DNA from: Patescibacteria group bacterium
GTDB lineage: Bacteria; Patescibacteriota; Microgenomatia; UBA1400; PJMF01
Reading direction: 5' to 3'
Length of the DNA stretch: 64,000 bases
Assembly (NCBI GenBank): GCA_040879165.1
Contig: JBBDKV010000013.1
Coordinates: 71,967 to 135,966, forward strand
The notes beneath the pieces were generated by a model. It searched no databases. It saw nothing but the letters and a program-made list of their open reading frames with translations, and was not told the origin of the DNA. The position numbers were made by a program, and so were the translations under genes. Of the stretch, positions 21,931 to 30,028 are shown piece after piece; position 1 is the first letter of the stretch; every line of letters starts with the position of its first letter.

Positions 21931-23025
21931 TTTGGGAACGGGCACCGTATCAATAGCATCCCTGTTTGCACGTTGTCGCACCGTTTTTTTCAATTTTGGA
22001 AACAACAAATACAAAAATTCTCGGGCAGCGTGGCGATTTTTTCCTTGATACGGCGCGTCATGAATATCAAAACCTGGAGACGTATTTAATTCGATAATTA
22101 CGTAGCTATGATCTGTCTGCTGCTTGGTAATATCTGCTGTAATAAAGTCAATTCCAGCAAGACTGAGTCCGGGTATCGCCTCCATAGCTTCAAGCGCAAT
22201 TGCGTTAACACTTGGATGTGCCAGATCTGTGCAATCTATGGCTTCTCCGCCCTTTGAGACATTGGAAACTGTTCTTAAAAACACCTGCTGGTTTAGTTTT
22301 GGAATAGATGCCACAGTCATGCCGCACATCTCAAGATTGCTGCGCAGATCTGCATCAATGTTGATTTTACAATGCGATTGAGTGCCCGCTCGTCTAATTT
22401 TTTCTTTGTTTTTGTGTTCGATTAGTTGCCGAATACTTGATTCTCCATCCCCGATCACATTAGCTGGAATTCTGTTGACAATACCTACTACTTTTTCTTG
22501 CGTTGCCAGAATTCGATACTCCTTGCCTTGAAACATCTCTTCAACCAGACTGGTCGATTTACTACCAGCATGAGCAAACGCAAGCTCCAAGGCGCGCTGA
22601 TATTCTGGGTAGCTAGAAACATTGAGGGAAATATTATCGCCTTGGTTGCCGTCTGTTGGCTTGATTGCCAGTGGTTTTTGTAAGCTGTTATAGACTTTTT
22701 TTATGTACTCGGCTGTATCTGTTTTTGTAACCTGGTATCCTTTTGGAGTAGCAATGCCAACTGCGCGTAACAAATTATTGGTTGTGTGCTTATTGGCACA
22801 AGCGTGCTCAGCCAGCGCTGTAGTAGTGGATGGAATTTGGTGATAGTAACTAACGTGCTTGCCCGCATACTCCATACTGACAATCTTTGTGCCTGGTATT
22901 ATTTCCCAACTAATGCCCTGTTTTTCTGCTTCAACCAAAATAATGCGAGAGCTATTAGACAACCGCTTGCCATTTTTCAGGCCTTCTGGAGAGAAATGTT
23001 GTAGTTTTGGTTGTTTGTTTGACAC
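21913..23025 (-). CDS. ATP-grasp amidoligase (CphA N-terminal/GshF-like)
   Basis: IKPTDGNQG, RIPANVIGDGESSIRQLI, NVSKGG, GIDF, IELNTSPG. Confidence 0.85.
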   Translation of the reverse strand: MSNKQPKLQHFSPEGLKNGKRLSNSSRIILVEAEKQGISWEIIPGTKIVSMEYAGKHVSYYHQIPSTTTALAEHACANKHTTNNLLRAVGIATPKGYQVTKTDTAEYIKKVYNSLQKPLAIKPTDGNQGDNISLNVSSYPEYQRALELAFAHAGSKSTSLVEEMFQGKEYRILATQEKVVGIVNRIPANVIGDGESSIRQLIEHKNKEKIRRAGTQSHCKINIDADLRSNLEMCGMTVASIPKLNQQVFLRTVSNVSKGGEAIDCTDLAHPSVNAIALEAMEAIPGLSLAGIDFITADITKQQTDHSYVIIELNTSPGFDIHDAPYQGKNRHAAREFLYLLFPKLKKTVRQRANRDAIDTVPVPKLLLTS

Positions 23026-23275
23026 AGGTATATTCTCACTAGTTTAGATAGGCAACTCACCAGCTTGTGGTTTAGAGGTCAAGATTTAGGAGGTCAAGAT
23101 GTAGATGGCATGGTTAGCCAAAACACTGGTGAATAGCTTTTTCTGCTCACAGAAAGAAATGGTACTCTAAAATTGACTACTAAATATCTGTAGTGTTTTT
23201 CCAGTATAGCACACTATTGACTTATAGTGAAATGTTATGAGGTATTTTTGAGAATAACGAATTCTGATTCTATGG

Positions 23276-23344
23276 CTAACCTCGAGGAATGATTATTTCA
23301 CTTATAAATATATTTGTGTCAAATACTACTCGAGGTTTTTTCAT
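23276..23344 (-). pseudogene. Truncated PIN-domain toxin remnant
   Basis: ATG overlapping the antitoxin 3' end gives MKKPRVVFDTNIFISEIIIPRG*, a PIN N-terminal motif that stops after 22 codons. Confidence 0.75.
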
Positions 23345-23618
23345 ACTGCCTTTGTCGTACTGATTCTACCTCGGCAGTAATGTCGCTAAACGCATCGTCA
23401 AACCTAAAATTACGATTATTTGACCTCAATTCTTCCAAAAACGCAAAATTCTTCAAGCGCTCATATTCTTCAAGCTGCTTAAGGTTAATAAGTGCCAGCT
23501 GGGCCTGACTGCGATTCATAACTATGATGGGTTTTTTTGATTTTTGCACCGATTCTGCCACAGCCTTATACTGACGCTGCACTTCTCTGATGGAAATAGT
23601 TTTATTAAGTAGTTGCAT
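23319..23618 (-). CDS. Phd/YefM-family antitoxin
   Basis: TISIREVQRQYKAV..V..SKKPIIVMNRSQ. Confidence 0.8.
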   Translation of the reverse strand: MQLLNKTISIREVQRQYKAVAESVQKSKKPIIVMNRSQAQLALINLKQLEEYERLKNFAFLEELRSNNRNFRFDDAFSDITAEVESVRQRQYEKTSSSI

Positions 23619-23774
23619 ACTACAATTGTCATACAATGACACATATCAATTGTCAAACTATTGTCTGACATTTGCAATTACATTCTCAAGAAATTATTTG
23701 TACCGGCACATTGTCAAAGGAAGGTGTCTATTAGCGCAGTCAAAAAAAGGTGACCGATTTGGAACGGTCTCCTA

Positions 23775-23790
23775 AGTTTGCGGGTCTAGG
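23775..23790 (-). repeat. 16-bp duplication of the tRNA-fMet 3' end (att-like)
   Basis: AGTTTGCGGGTCTAGG at 23775-23790 is identical to 23899-23914. Confidence 0.8.
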
Positions 23791-23859
23791 TCCTCCGCCC
23801 ATGCTTCGGACATTCCCTCGTGTAACTCGGTCAGAGTCAACAACACATATTCAGTCACA

Positions 23860-23903
23860 AAACTATAAGAAAAGACTGCTAGCGCAGTCTTTTCTTATAG
23901 TTT
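23860..23903. repeat. Perfect 20-bp inverted repeat abutting the tRNA 3' end (terminator-like)
   Basis: AAACTATAAGAAAAGACTGC-TAGC-GCAGTCTTTTCTTATAGTTT. Confidence 0.85.
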
Positions 23904-23970
23904 GCGGGTCTAGGAGTCGAACCTAGCCTGTGAGATTATGAGCCTCACGTGCACCGTACACTAACCCGCG
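23902..23970 (-). tRNA. Initiator tRNA-fMet (CAT), non-canonical, 69 nt, CCA not encoded
   Basis: CGCGGGT TA GTGT ACGGT GCAC G TGAGG CTCATAA TCTCA CAGG CTAGG TTCGACT CCTAG ACCCGCA A; C1:A72 mismatch. Confidence 0.85.
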
Positions 23971-24068
23971 CGATAAGACTCATATTATAGCGACCTTTAC
24001 CCTCCAGGTCAAAACTAGATTATTTGGATTATCTGAATCAGAAAATTTTGGTATAATGCGACTCTGGC

Positions 24069-24142
24069 GCCAGGGTAGCTCAGTTGGTTAGAGCACAGGA
24101 TTCATAAACCTGAGGTCGAGAGTTCGAATCTCTCCCCTGGTA
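24069..24142 (+). tRNA. tRNA with CAT anticodon (elongator Met or Ile2)
   Basis: GCCAGGG TAGCTCAGTTGGTTAGAGC A CAGGA TTCATAA ACCTG AGGTC GAGAG TTCGAAT CTCTC CCCTGGT A. Confidence 0.9.
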
Positions 24143-24172
24143 CACTTCAGCAGACAACAACTCAGATTAATT

Positions 24173-24769
24173 ATGCTCTCTAATCCCCTTCCTGCCACCT
24201 GCCGAACCTACAGCACTCATCGCACTGACACAGCTTCATATCCTGCTGATTGGCAAACCCACCAATTAGTCAAAATGGGCCAGCCCCATGGTGATCAAAT
24301 TCTAGGTATAGATTCACCCGACGACCCAACCCTGCTTACCAGCGACGGCTGCCTCACCAGCCAACCAGGACTCCACCTCCAGGTTAAAACAGCGGACTGC
24401 CTACCAATCTTGCTCTATCACCCCAAACCGGTAATTGGCGCCATTCATGCGGGAAGGAAGAGTACACAACAACAGATACTATCTAAAGTCTGTCAGCTAT
24501 TACAGGAAAAATTTGCTATTTTTGATCAACTTGCTCTCTGGTTCGGTCCAGCCATATGCGTTGATTGCTACCAAGTCGATCGAGAAATGGATCTGCACTA
24601 TAATCTAATTGCTGAGAATACCAAGCAGCTTCGTCAGTTTTTTTCTAAAGAACAGGCAACGATTTTCAACTCAGACCTCTGTACCGCCCATCATAATGAT
24701 CAGTTTTTTTCGTATCGTCAAGAAGGTCCGCAAGTACCAAGGAATTTTTCAGGCATCGTGCTTGAGTAA
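24173..24769 (+). CDS. YfiH/PgeF-family (multi-copper oxidase-like/purine nucleoside) protein
   Basis: QPHG, TADCLPI, HAGR, GPAICVDCY, CT..FFSYR. Confidence 0.9.
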   Translation: MLSNPLPATCRTYSTHRTDTASYPADWQTHQLVKMGQPHGDQILGIDSPDDPTLLTSDGCLTSQPGLHLQVKTADCLPILLYHPKPVIGAIHAGRKSTQQQILSKVCQLLQEKFAIFDQLALWFGPAICVDCYQVDREMDLHYNLIAENTKQLRQFFSKEQATIFNSDLCTAHHNDQFFSYRQEGPQVPRNFSGIVLE

Positions 24770-24828
24770 ATGCAGTGTTTACCTAAGCAACAACTTGCCT
24801 CAACCGCAAAAAGCTGTAGACTAGTGCC

Positions 24829-25344
24829 ATGCACCATTCGGCTCAAAAACCACACATTCAACAACCGCATGCTCGTCAGCCACAATCTCGGCGACCACTG
24901 CTTTTAGTCGCACTCGCCCTATTTCTGGCAGGAGCAGGTTTTTATGGTCAACAGCGACTTTGCCAGACAGCTGTGGCAGCTCCATTTTGCGAACAAGAAC
25001 GCACAACTACCTCTTCCTCAAAGAGATTAGCCGAGAGTTATCTAGAATACTCACCTGAAGCATTACAATCTGCACACAACCAAGAAAACACCGTCGTGCT
25101 CTACTTCTGGGCACCTTGGTGCAGCACCTGCTCGACACTCGATCACGATCTGCAAGACGGTATAGCTCAAGTTCCGGATGACATTACGCTGCTGCGCGTT
25201 AATTATGACGAAGAAACAGAGTTGAAGCAGCGCTTCAACGTCGTCACCCAACACACTTTTGTGCAATTAACTGCCAATAATGAGCCAATCACTGTCTGGG
25301 TTGGCGGAGAAATTGAGGAGTTGGTAGAGAATTTGGAGTTGTAG
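24829..25344 (+). CDS. Membrane-anchored thioredoxin-like protein
   Basis: TM segment, FWAPWCSTC, VVTQHTFV. Confidence 0.85.
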   Translation: MHHSAQKPHIQQPHARQPQSRRPLLLVALALFLAGAGFYGQQRLCQTAVAAPFCEQERTTTSSSKRLAESYLEYSPEALQSAHNQENTVVLYFWAPWCSTCSTLDHDLQDGIAQVPDDITLLRVNYDEETELKQRFNVVTQHTFVQLTANNEPITVWVGGEIEELVENLEL

Positions 25345-25420
25345 GACTAATTCACCAATCATGGGTGTTGTGCTGACCAAATTGCAGCAAAACATATTTT
25401 TAATTGAATAAACTCTAAAC

Positions 25421-25450
25421 AAAAAAACAGACCCACTTTCGAGGGACTGT
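25421..25450 (-). terminator. Probable groEL terminator
   Basis: Minus strand ACAGTCCCTC-GAAA-GTGGGTCTGT followed by a T-run. Confidence 0.6.
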
Positions 25451-25562
25451 CTTTCTATTTTCACGACTTTCACCATGAGGAGCGGATGTTGGCGAGAGAG
25501 GATTAGGTCTCCGGAGGAGGCCGCACAGCGAAGCGCCTCTCTCGCCAATCATCTGCGACGAA

Positions 25563-27203
25563 TTACATCATTCCGCCCATGCCGCCCATGTCAGCTCCGC
25601 CACCGCCACCTGCGGCTGGCTTGGCATCTTCAGGCTCATCAGCGATCAAGCACTCAGTTGTCAGAATCATTGATGACACTGAGGCAGCATTTTGCAAGGC
25701 AGCGATTTCGACCTTAGCAGGTTCAATCACGCCAGCCTTAACCATGTCGCCAAAGCTGTTGTTCATTACATCAAAACCCCAGGTTGGATCGTCTTTTTCT
25801 TTGATTTTGTAGACGACTTCGCCTTCGTTGACTCCTGCATTCTGAGCCAGCATGCGCAGTGGCTCTTCCATCACCTCTCGGATCAGGTCAACACCCATTT
25901 GCTCATCTGGTGAACCAGTTTTCAGTTTCTCCAACGCTTTACCTGCTTGAATAAAGGTCACTCCACCACCAGGGATGATGCCTTCGTCAATAGCCGCACG
26001 TAATGCTTCTTTGGCATCTTTGACGCGCTCCTGCAAGTTCTTCATCTCAATTTCAGTTGAAGCACCTACTTGGATAACGGCAACGCCGCCAGTGAGTTTG
26101 GCTTTGCGCTCTTGGAGTTTTTCAATATCAAACTCAGACGTTGCGTTCTCAATCTGAGCATCAAGCTGAGAAACGCGAGCATCAAGATCAGATTGTGAGC
26201 CTTTACCACCAACAATCACTGTTTCATCTTTACTCGAACGAACAGCATCTGCACGACCAAGGTCTTCAACAGCTGCGTCTTTGAGCTGTCGACCGGCTTC
26301 GCCAGAGATAAGATTGGCTCCGGTCAAGATCGCAATATCCTGGAGCAACTCTTTTTTACGATCACCAAACCCTGGTGCCTTCACTGCCAAGACATTAAAG
26401 GAGCCGCGTAGTTTGTTGACGACTAGTGTAGTCAGCGCTTCACCCTCAACGTCATCTGCAATGATCACCAAATCTTTACTGACCTTCATAAAATTCTCTA
26501 GCATTGGCAAGAGTTCTTGCAAACTAGAAACCTTTTGATCAGTGACCAAGATGTACGGAGCCTTAATTTCTGATTCCATTTTATCTGAATCAGTAACAAA
26601 GTACGGTGAGGCGTAGCCTTTATCAAGAATCATTCCCTGTTTGTGCTCAATGGTGATGTCCATGGTTTTACCTTCTTCAACCTCGACTACACCATCTTTG
26701 CCAACCATTTTCAGAGCTTCGGCAATTTTAGCACCAATAACTTCATTTTGAGCTGAAATAGTGGCTACTTTTTCCCAGTCTGATTGTTTAACTGGCTTGG
26801 CTAAACGACGAATTTCCTTGATTGCTGCCTCAACTGCGCGATCAATACCACGCTTCATGATCATCGGATTAGCACCTGCGGTAACGTACTTCATGCCTTT
26901 ACTAGCAATGTGTTGAGCAAGCAGCGTAGCAGTTGTAGTACCGTCTCCAGCGACATCATTGGTTTTATTAGCGGCTTCTTTGACTAATTGAGCGCCCATG
27001 TTCTCAAATTTATCCTCTAGTGTGATCTCTTTGGCAACACTGACACCATCATGAATGACGCTTGGCGCACCCCATGATTTATCAATGGCTACATTACGAC
27101 CTTTAGGGCCAAGAGTTGTGGTAACCGCAGCAGCGAGCTTGTTAATACCGCTGAGCATTTTTTGTCGAGCATCATCGCCATAAGCGAGTTGTTTTGCTGG
27201 CAT
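25563..27203 (-). CDS. groL: Chaperonin GroEL
   Basis: TLGPKGRNV, GDGTTTAT, GGM tail. Confidence 0.99.
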   Translation of the reverse strand: MPAKQLAYGDDARQKMLSGINKLAAAVTTTLGPKGRNVAIDKSWGAPSVIHDGVSVAKEITLEDKFENMGAQLVKEAANKTNDVAGDGTTTATLLAQHIASKGMKYVTAGANPMIMKRGIDRAVEAAIKEIRRLAKPVKQSDWEKVATISAQNEVIGAKIAEALKMVGKDGVVEVEEGKTMDITIEHKQGMILDKGYASPYFVTDSDKMESEIKAPYILVTDQKVSSLQELLPMLENFMKVSKDLVIIADDVEGEALTTLVVNKLRGSFNVLAVKAPGFGDRKKELLQDIAILTGANLISGEAGRQLKDAAVEDLGRADAVRSSKDETVIVGGKGSQSDLDARVSQLDAQIENATSEFDIEKLQERKAKLTGGVAVIQVGASTEIEMKNLQERVKDAKEALRAAIDEGIIPGGGVTFIQAGKALEKLKTGSPDEQMGVDLIREVMEEPLRMLAQNAGVNEGEVVYKIKEKDDPTWGFDVMNNSFGDMVKAGVIEPAKVEIAALQNAASVSSMILTTECLIADEPEDAKPAAGGGGGADMGGMGGMM

Positions 27204-27235
27204 AGATTTCCTTTCTGAAGAAATTACTTAGAATG

Positions 27236-27538
27236 TTACTTTATAATGGCGAGCACGTCCTCAAATTTGAGGAATTGGTACTCGGTATCACCGATTTTGA
27301 ATTCGTTGCCACCCCATTTTTTGTAAATAACCTGATCACCTTTTTTAACAGAGGCAGTGACTTTGGCGCCGTCAATCATGGCAGCATCGCCAACTGCAAG
27401 GACTTTGCCATACTGTGGCTTATCCTCGTGAGAATCAGGCAAATAAATGCCGGAAGCAGTTTTCTTTTCTGCCTCAGCTGGTTCTACCAATACGTACCCT
27501 GGTAGGGGGTGTAATTTTGAAGCAGTGAGTGAGCTCAT
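27236..27538 (-). CDS. groS: Co-chaperonin GroES
   Basis: LHPL..V.VEP, KTASGIYLP, GKVLAVG. Confidence 0.98.
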   Translation of the reverse strand: MSSLTASKLHPLPGYVLVEPAEAEKKTASGIYLPDSHEDKPQYGKVLAVGDAAMIDGAKVTASVKKGDQVIYKKWGGNEFKIGDTEYQFLKFEDVLAIIK

Positions 27539-27637
27539 AGCAACTCCTTTTTTTGTACTTATGTACTAATACGGTTTGGCAAGCTTGCTAATTCAGCGAG
27601 GTAAGTACCGATGGTCTACTTCGCTGCAAATCTAATT

Positions 27638-27688
27638 CTAGCAAAAGAGTCAAGACTCTGATAAGCAGATACTATAAAAGACTGCTAA
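27638..27688. promoter_or_regulatory. CIRCE operator(s) upstream of groES
   Basis: TAAGCAGAT-N9-GACTGCTAA at 27662-27688, plus weaker CTAGCAAAA-N9-CTCTGATAA at 27638-27664. Confidence 0.7.
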
Positions 27689-27713
27689 ACAATCGTCAAC
27701 GGGCAATTGTGAG

Positions 27714-28388
27714 TTATGTTGTTTTCTGTGACGCTGAACCAGCATCAGGCTCTTGAGAAAAAACTGATTTTTCATCGTCAGCACGAGCTTCATCAGCTGG
27801 TTTTTCCCAAACAGGAGCTTGTTCATGACCGCGGATAACAGATACCCGGGACAGCAGAAAGCCTTCGCAATTTATACCGCGATCTTCAAAATACTGATCG
27901 AGCTCTGCCTGAACAGATCCTTCAATTTGACTACGATTATGAGTGATTTGATCAAGAGTGAGGTTTGATAAAACGCTTGCCACACGACTCCGCGCTGTTG
28001 GACGAACCAGTTTAGAAACGACGTTTTCGCCAATATTTTCCCAAAGTTCGGGGGCATTTTTCCTATCAATTCGAAACAGAATCGATCCTTCGACAGAAAT
28101 CGACTTTCCATCAAACGTTGACGTCTGGATGGGTTGATCCCCCAAGGCTTCGGAGTTTTTGGAAAAGTCAAAACTATCATGAATTGAGTACTCGAGAATT
28201 TGCGCATTGAACAACTTAGCAACTTGCCAAAATGGAATTTTAAAATGCAAACCAGGTCCCCAAACTCGCGGTAAGACGCCGCGACCACGATCGTACACAC
28301 ACGCCACATGACCTGGTGGCACAGAAATAAAAAAGCCACCAACGACTTCGTCGACAAAAAATGAAACAACTAGTTTATCAAATTCCAT
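27714..28388 (-). CDS. SPFH/prohibitin (band 7) protein
   Basis: VPPGHV, GPGLHFKIPF, LVRPTARS. Confidence 0.85.
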   Translation of the reverse strand: MEFDKLVVSFFVDEVVGGFFISVPPGHVACVYDRGRGVLPRVWGPGLHFKIPFWQVAKLFNAQILEYSIHDSFDFSKNSEALGDQPIQTSTFDGKSISVEGSILFRIDRKNAPELWENIGENVVSKLVRPTARSRVASVLSNLTLDQITHNRSQIEGSVQAELDQYFEDRGINCEGFLLSRVSVIRGHEQAPVWEKPADEARADDEKSVFSQEPDAGSASQKTT

Positions 28389-28489
28389 AATATCGCCACG
28401 ATGCAGCAACAGCGCAGCAGATGTATTGTACCCTAGTTGTGCGCGCTAGGGGAAGCAGTAGCTTGTTGACAGCACACTTTGCTGCAAAT

Positions 28490-29266
28490 CTATTTAACAT
28501 CTACTACCACCTTTTCTCCTTGACCAGCTTCTGCTTCTTTCTTCGCTCTGTAATCCTGAAATTTAACCTGAATTGCGCGTCCCGTCGTCAGCAGAATGCT
28601 GAAACACAGCGTAGTAATAATAAACAGCTTTTTTCCCGCAGGGAGCTGAAATATCCAAAACAGAAAAAATGACACCACTGGCAAAATAAATTGCAATTTC
28701 ACCATCTGATTACGACTAATGCGATACGGTGAAATAATGGCAGAAATCACCTCAAGAATCAGTAGTAACCCTGCCTGAACGAAATTCAACTGAAAACTAA
28801 ACTGGGTTAAATCATACCGACCCATAAATTCCAGATTAAACGGCACATCTATGGCTGGCATAAAACCATAGATCAAGTCAAAATCTTCGCCAGTCAAGCC
28901 AGTATTAAACATCTGCCAGAGCATCAGGGCAATGACAATCTGGACAAACAGACCAATTATTTCGGCAATCAACACTCGTCGATTCGACCGCAAGACAGTC
29001 TTTTTTTTCTGAGAGACCACTACTGGCTCAGAAGCATGTGACTGTTCAATGCTTCGCACTTGTTGCTCAATATCTCTTCGGTCTTTCTCCCGCCGCTGCC
29101 CCGCCATCCACAGTGGTAGCAGTAGCACGCGGATGAGGATTGTCAGGAAAATCACCGCCACGCCCATATCGGCATTACCTCGAGTAATTACCTCAAGTAA
29201 CCAGTAAAAGAAAACTAAGACATTAAAAAATGGCTGATAGACAAAGGTTGTGAACAATTCAAACAT
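28490..29266 (-). CDS. yidC: YidC/Oxa1 membrane insertase (short, divergent)
   Basis: YQPFFNVL, DMGVAVIFLTILIRVLLLPL, LPAG. Confidence 0.75.
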   Translation of the reverse strand: MFELFTTFVYQPFFNVLVFFYWLLEVITRGNADMGVAVIFLTILIRVLLLPLWMAGQRREKDRRDIEQQVRSIEQSHASEPVVVSQKKKTVLRSNRRVLIAEIIGLFVQIVIALMLWQMFNTGLTGEDFDLIYGFMPAIDVPFNLEFMGRYDLTQFSFQLNFVQAGLLLILEVISAIISPYRISRNQMVKLQFILPVVSFFLFWIFQLPAGKKLFIITTLCFSILLTTGRAIQVKFQDYRAKKEAEAGQGEKVVVDVK

Positions 29267-29341
29267 ATTGCTATTCTATACTAAACTTGAAATGTATAAA
29301 AAAAATGAAAACAGAAAAAAACTCACTCGACAACAACTGAG

Positions 29342-29689
29342 CTAACTGGGAAGCTGCTCGCTCTCGATTAAAATACCATTGACCATCGACATTGTATCTC
29401 TTAATGAAATAACCAACTCCTGAGAAAGCTCCATAGTTTCTTCATCCAGCGAAATTTCTTCTAGAGTAAGATTTGATTCTTGCAAGCAGGTATCAAACGC
29501 ATCTTGCAGCCAATCCCCGTGCTCTTCCACCCAAGACTGCCGCTCCAACTTGGGTAAAATCAAAACCTGACGGACAACCTCTGAAACTGCCTTCAGTTCA
29601 CGAGTCTTGAGATATAAATTAAACTTTGTCGATGAAGTAGTCACACTTCGCAACGTCACGCTTGGTACAAAATCATTCATATAATTCAT
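29342..29689 (-). CDS. Hypothetical protein
   Basis: 115-aa acidic helical ORF with ATGA overlap to the upstream ORF. Confidence 0.6.
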   Translation of the reverse strand: MNYMNDFVPSVTLRSVTTSSTKFNLYLKTRELKAVSEVVRQVLILPKLERQSWVEEHGDWLQDAFDTCLQESNLTLEEISLDEETMELSQELVISLRDTMSMVNGILIESEQLPS

Positions 29690-29907
29690 TGCAAAACTCC
29701 AAGTTCTAGTAGTTCTAGATCTACTTCTGGCATTTTAGCGGTATTTGAATGGCGATAGCACCCCTCTGAGTACTTGCCACGCACATACGCTGCTTGGCGG
29801 GCATAGCCATAACTACTTGAGGAGCTACTTAAGGAGGACAAAATTGCCGCAGATGAGCAAATAGGTGCAAGAGAAATGTGGGTAGGGTTTTGCAATGGGT
29901 TCACCAT
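29686..29907 (-). CDS. Small hypothetical protein
   Basis: ORF with TATAAT 9 nt upstream of ATG 29907; translationally coupled to the next gene. Confidence 0.45.
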   Translation of the reverse strand: MVNPLQNPTHISLAPICSSAAILSSLSSSSSSYGYARQAAYVRGKYSEGCYRHSNTAKMPEVDLELLELGVLQ

Positions 29908-30028
29908 AACGTAAGTATTATATACCATATGGATACGCGTCTTGCTAGTGTTGAGCGCAGGTGCCAGTCAAATCACTACAATACCCATTGCTCTCTAATC
30001 TGGCAAAAGCAGGTATAATATACCTTCT

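Noticed and set aside
23176-23194. NrdR box-like palindrome ACTAC-N9-GTAGT
   Set aside because: Spacing and core do not fit the 16-bp consensus
24069-24142. UCA (Trp/Sec/Gly recoding) tRNA reading of the ATTCATAAA loop
   Set aside because: Symmetric positioning centres CAT, and genes in the window use TGA as a normal stop
25482-25556. SRP (4.5S) RNA or hammerhead ribozyme
   Set aside because: Only loose resemblance to SRP helix 8 (no CAGG/GGAA/AGCA arrangement); no CUGANGA/GAAA core
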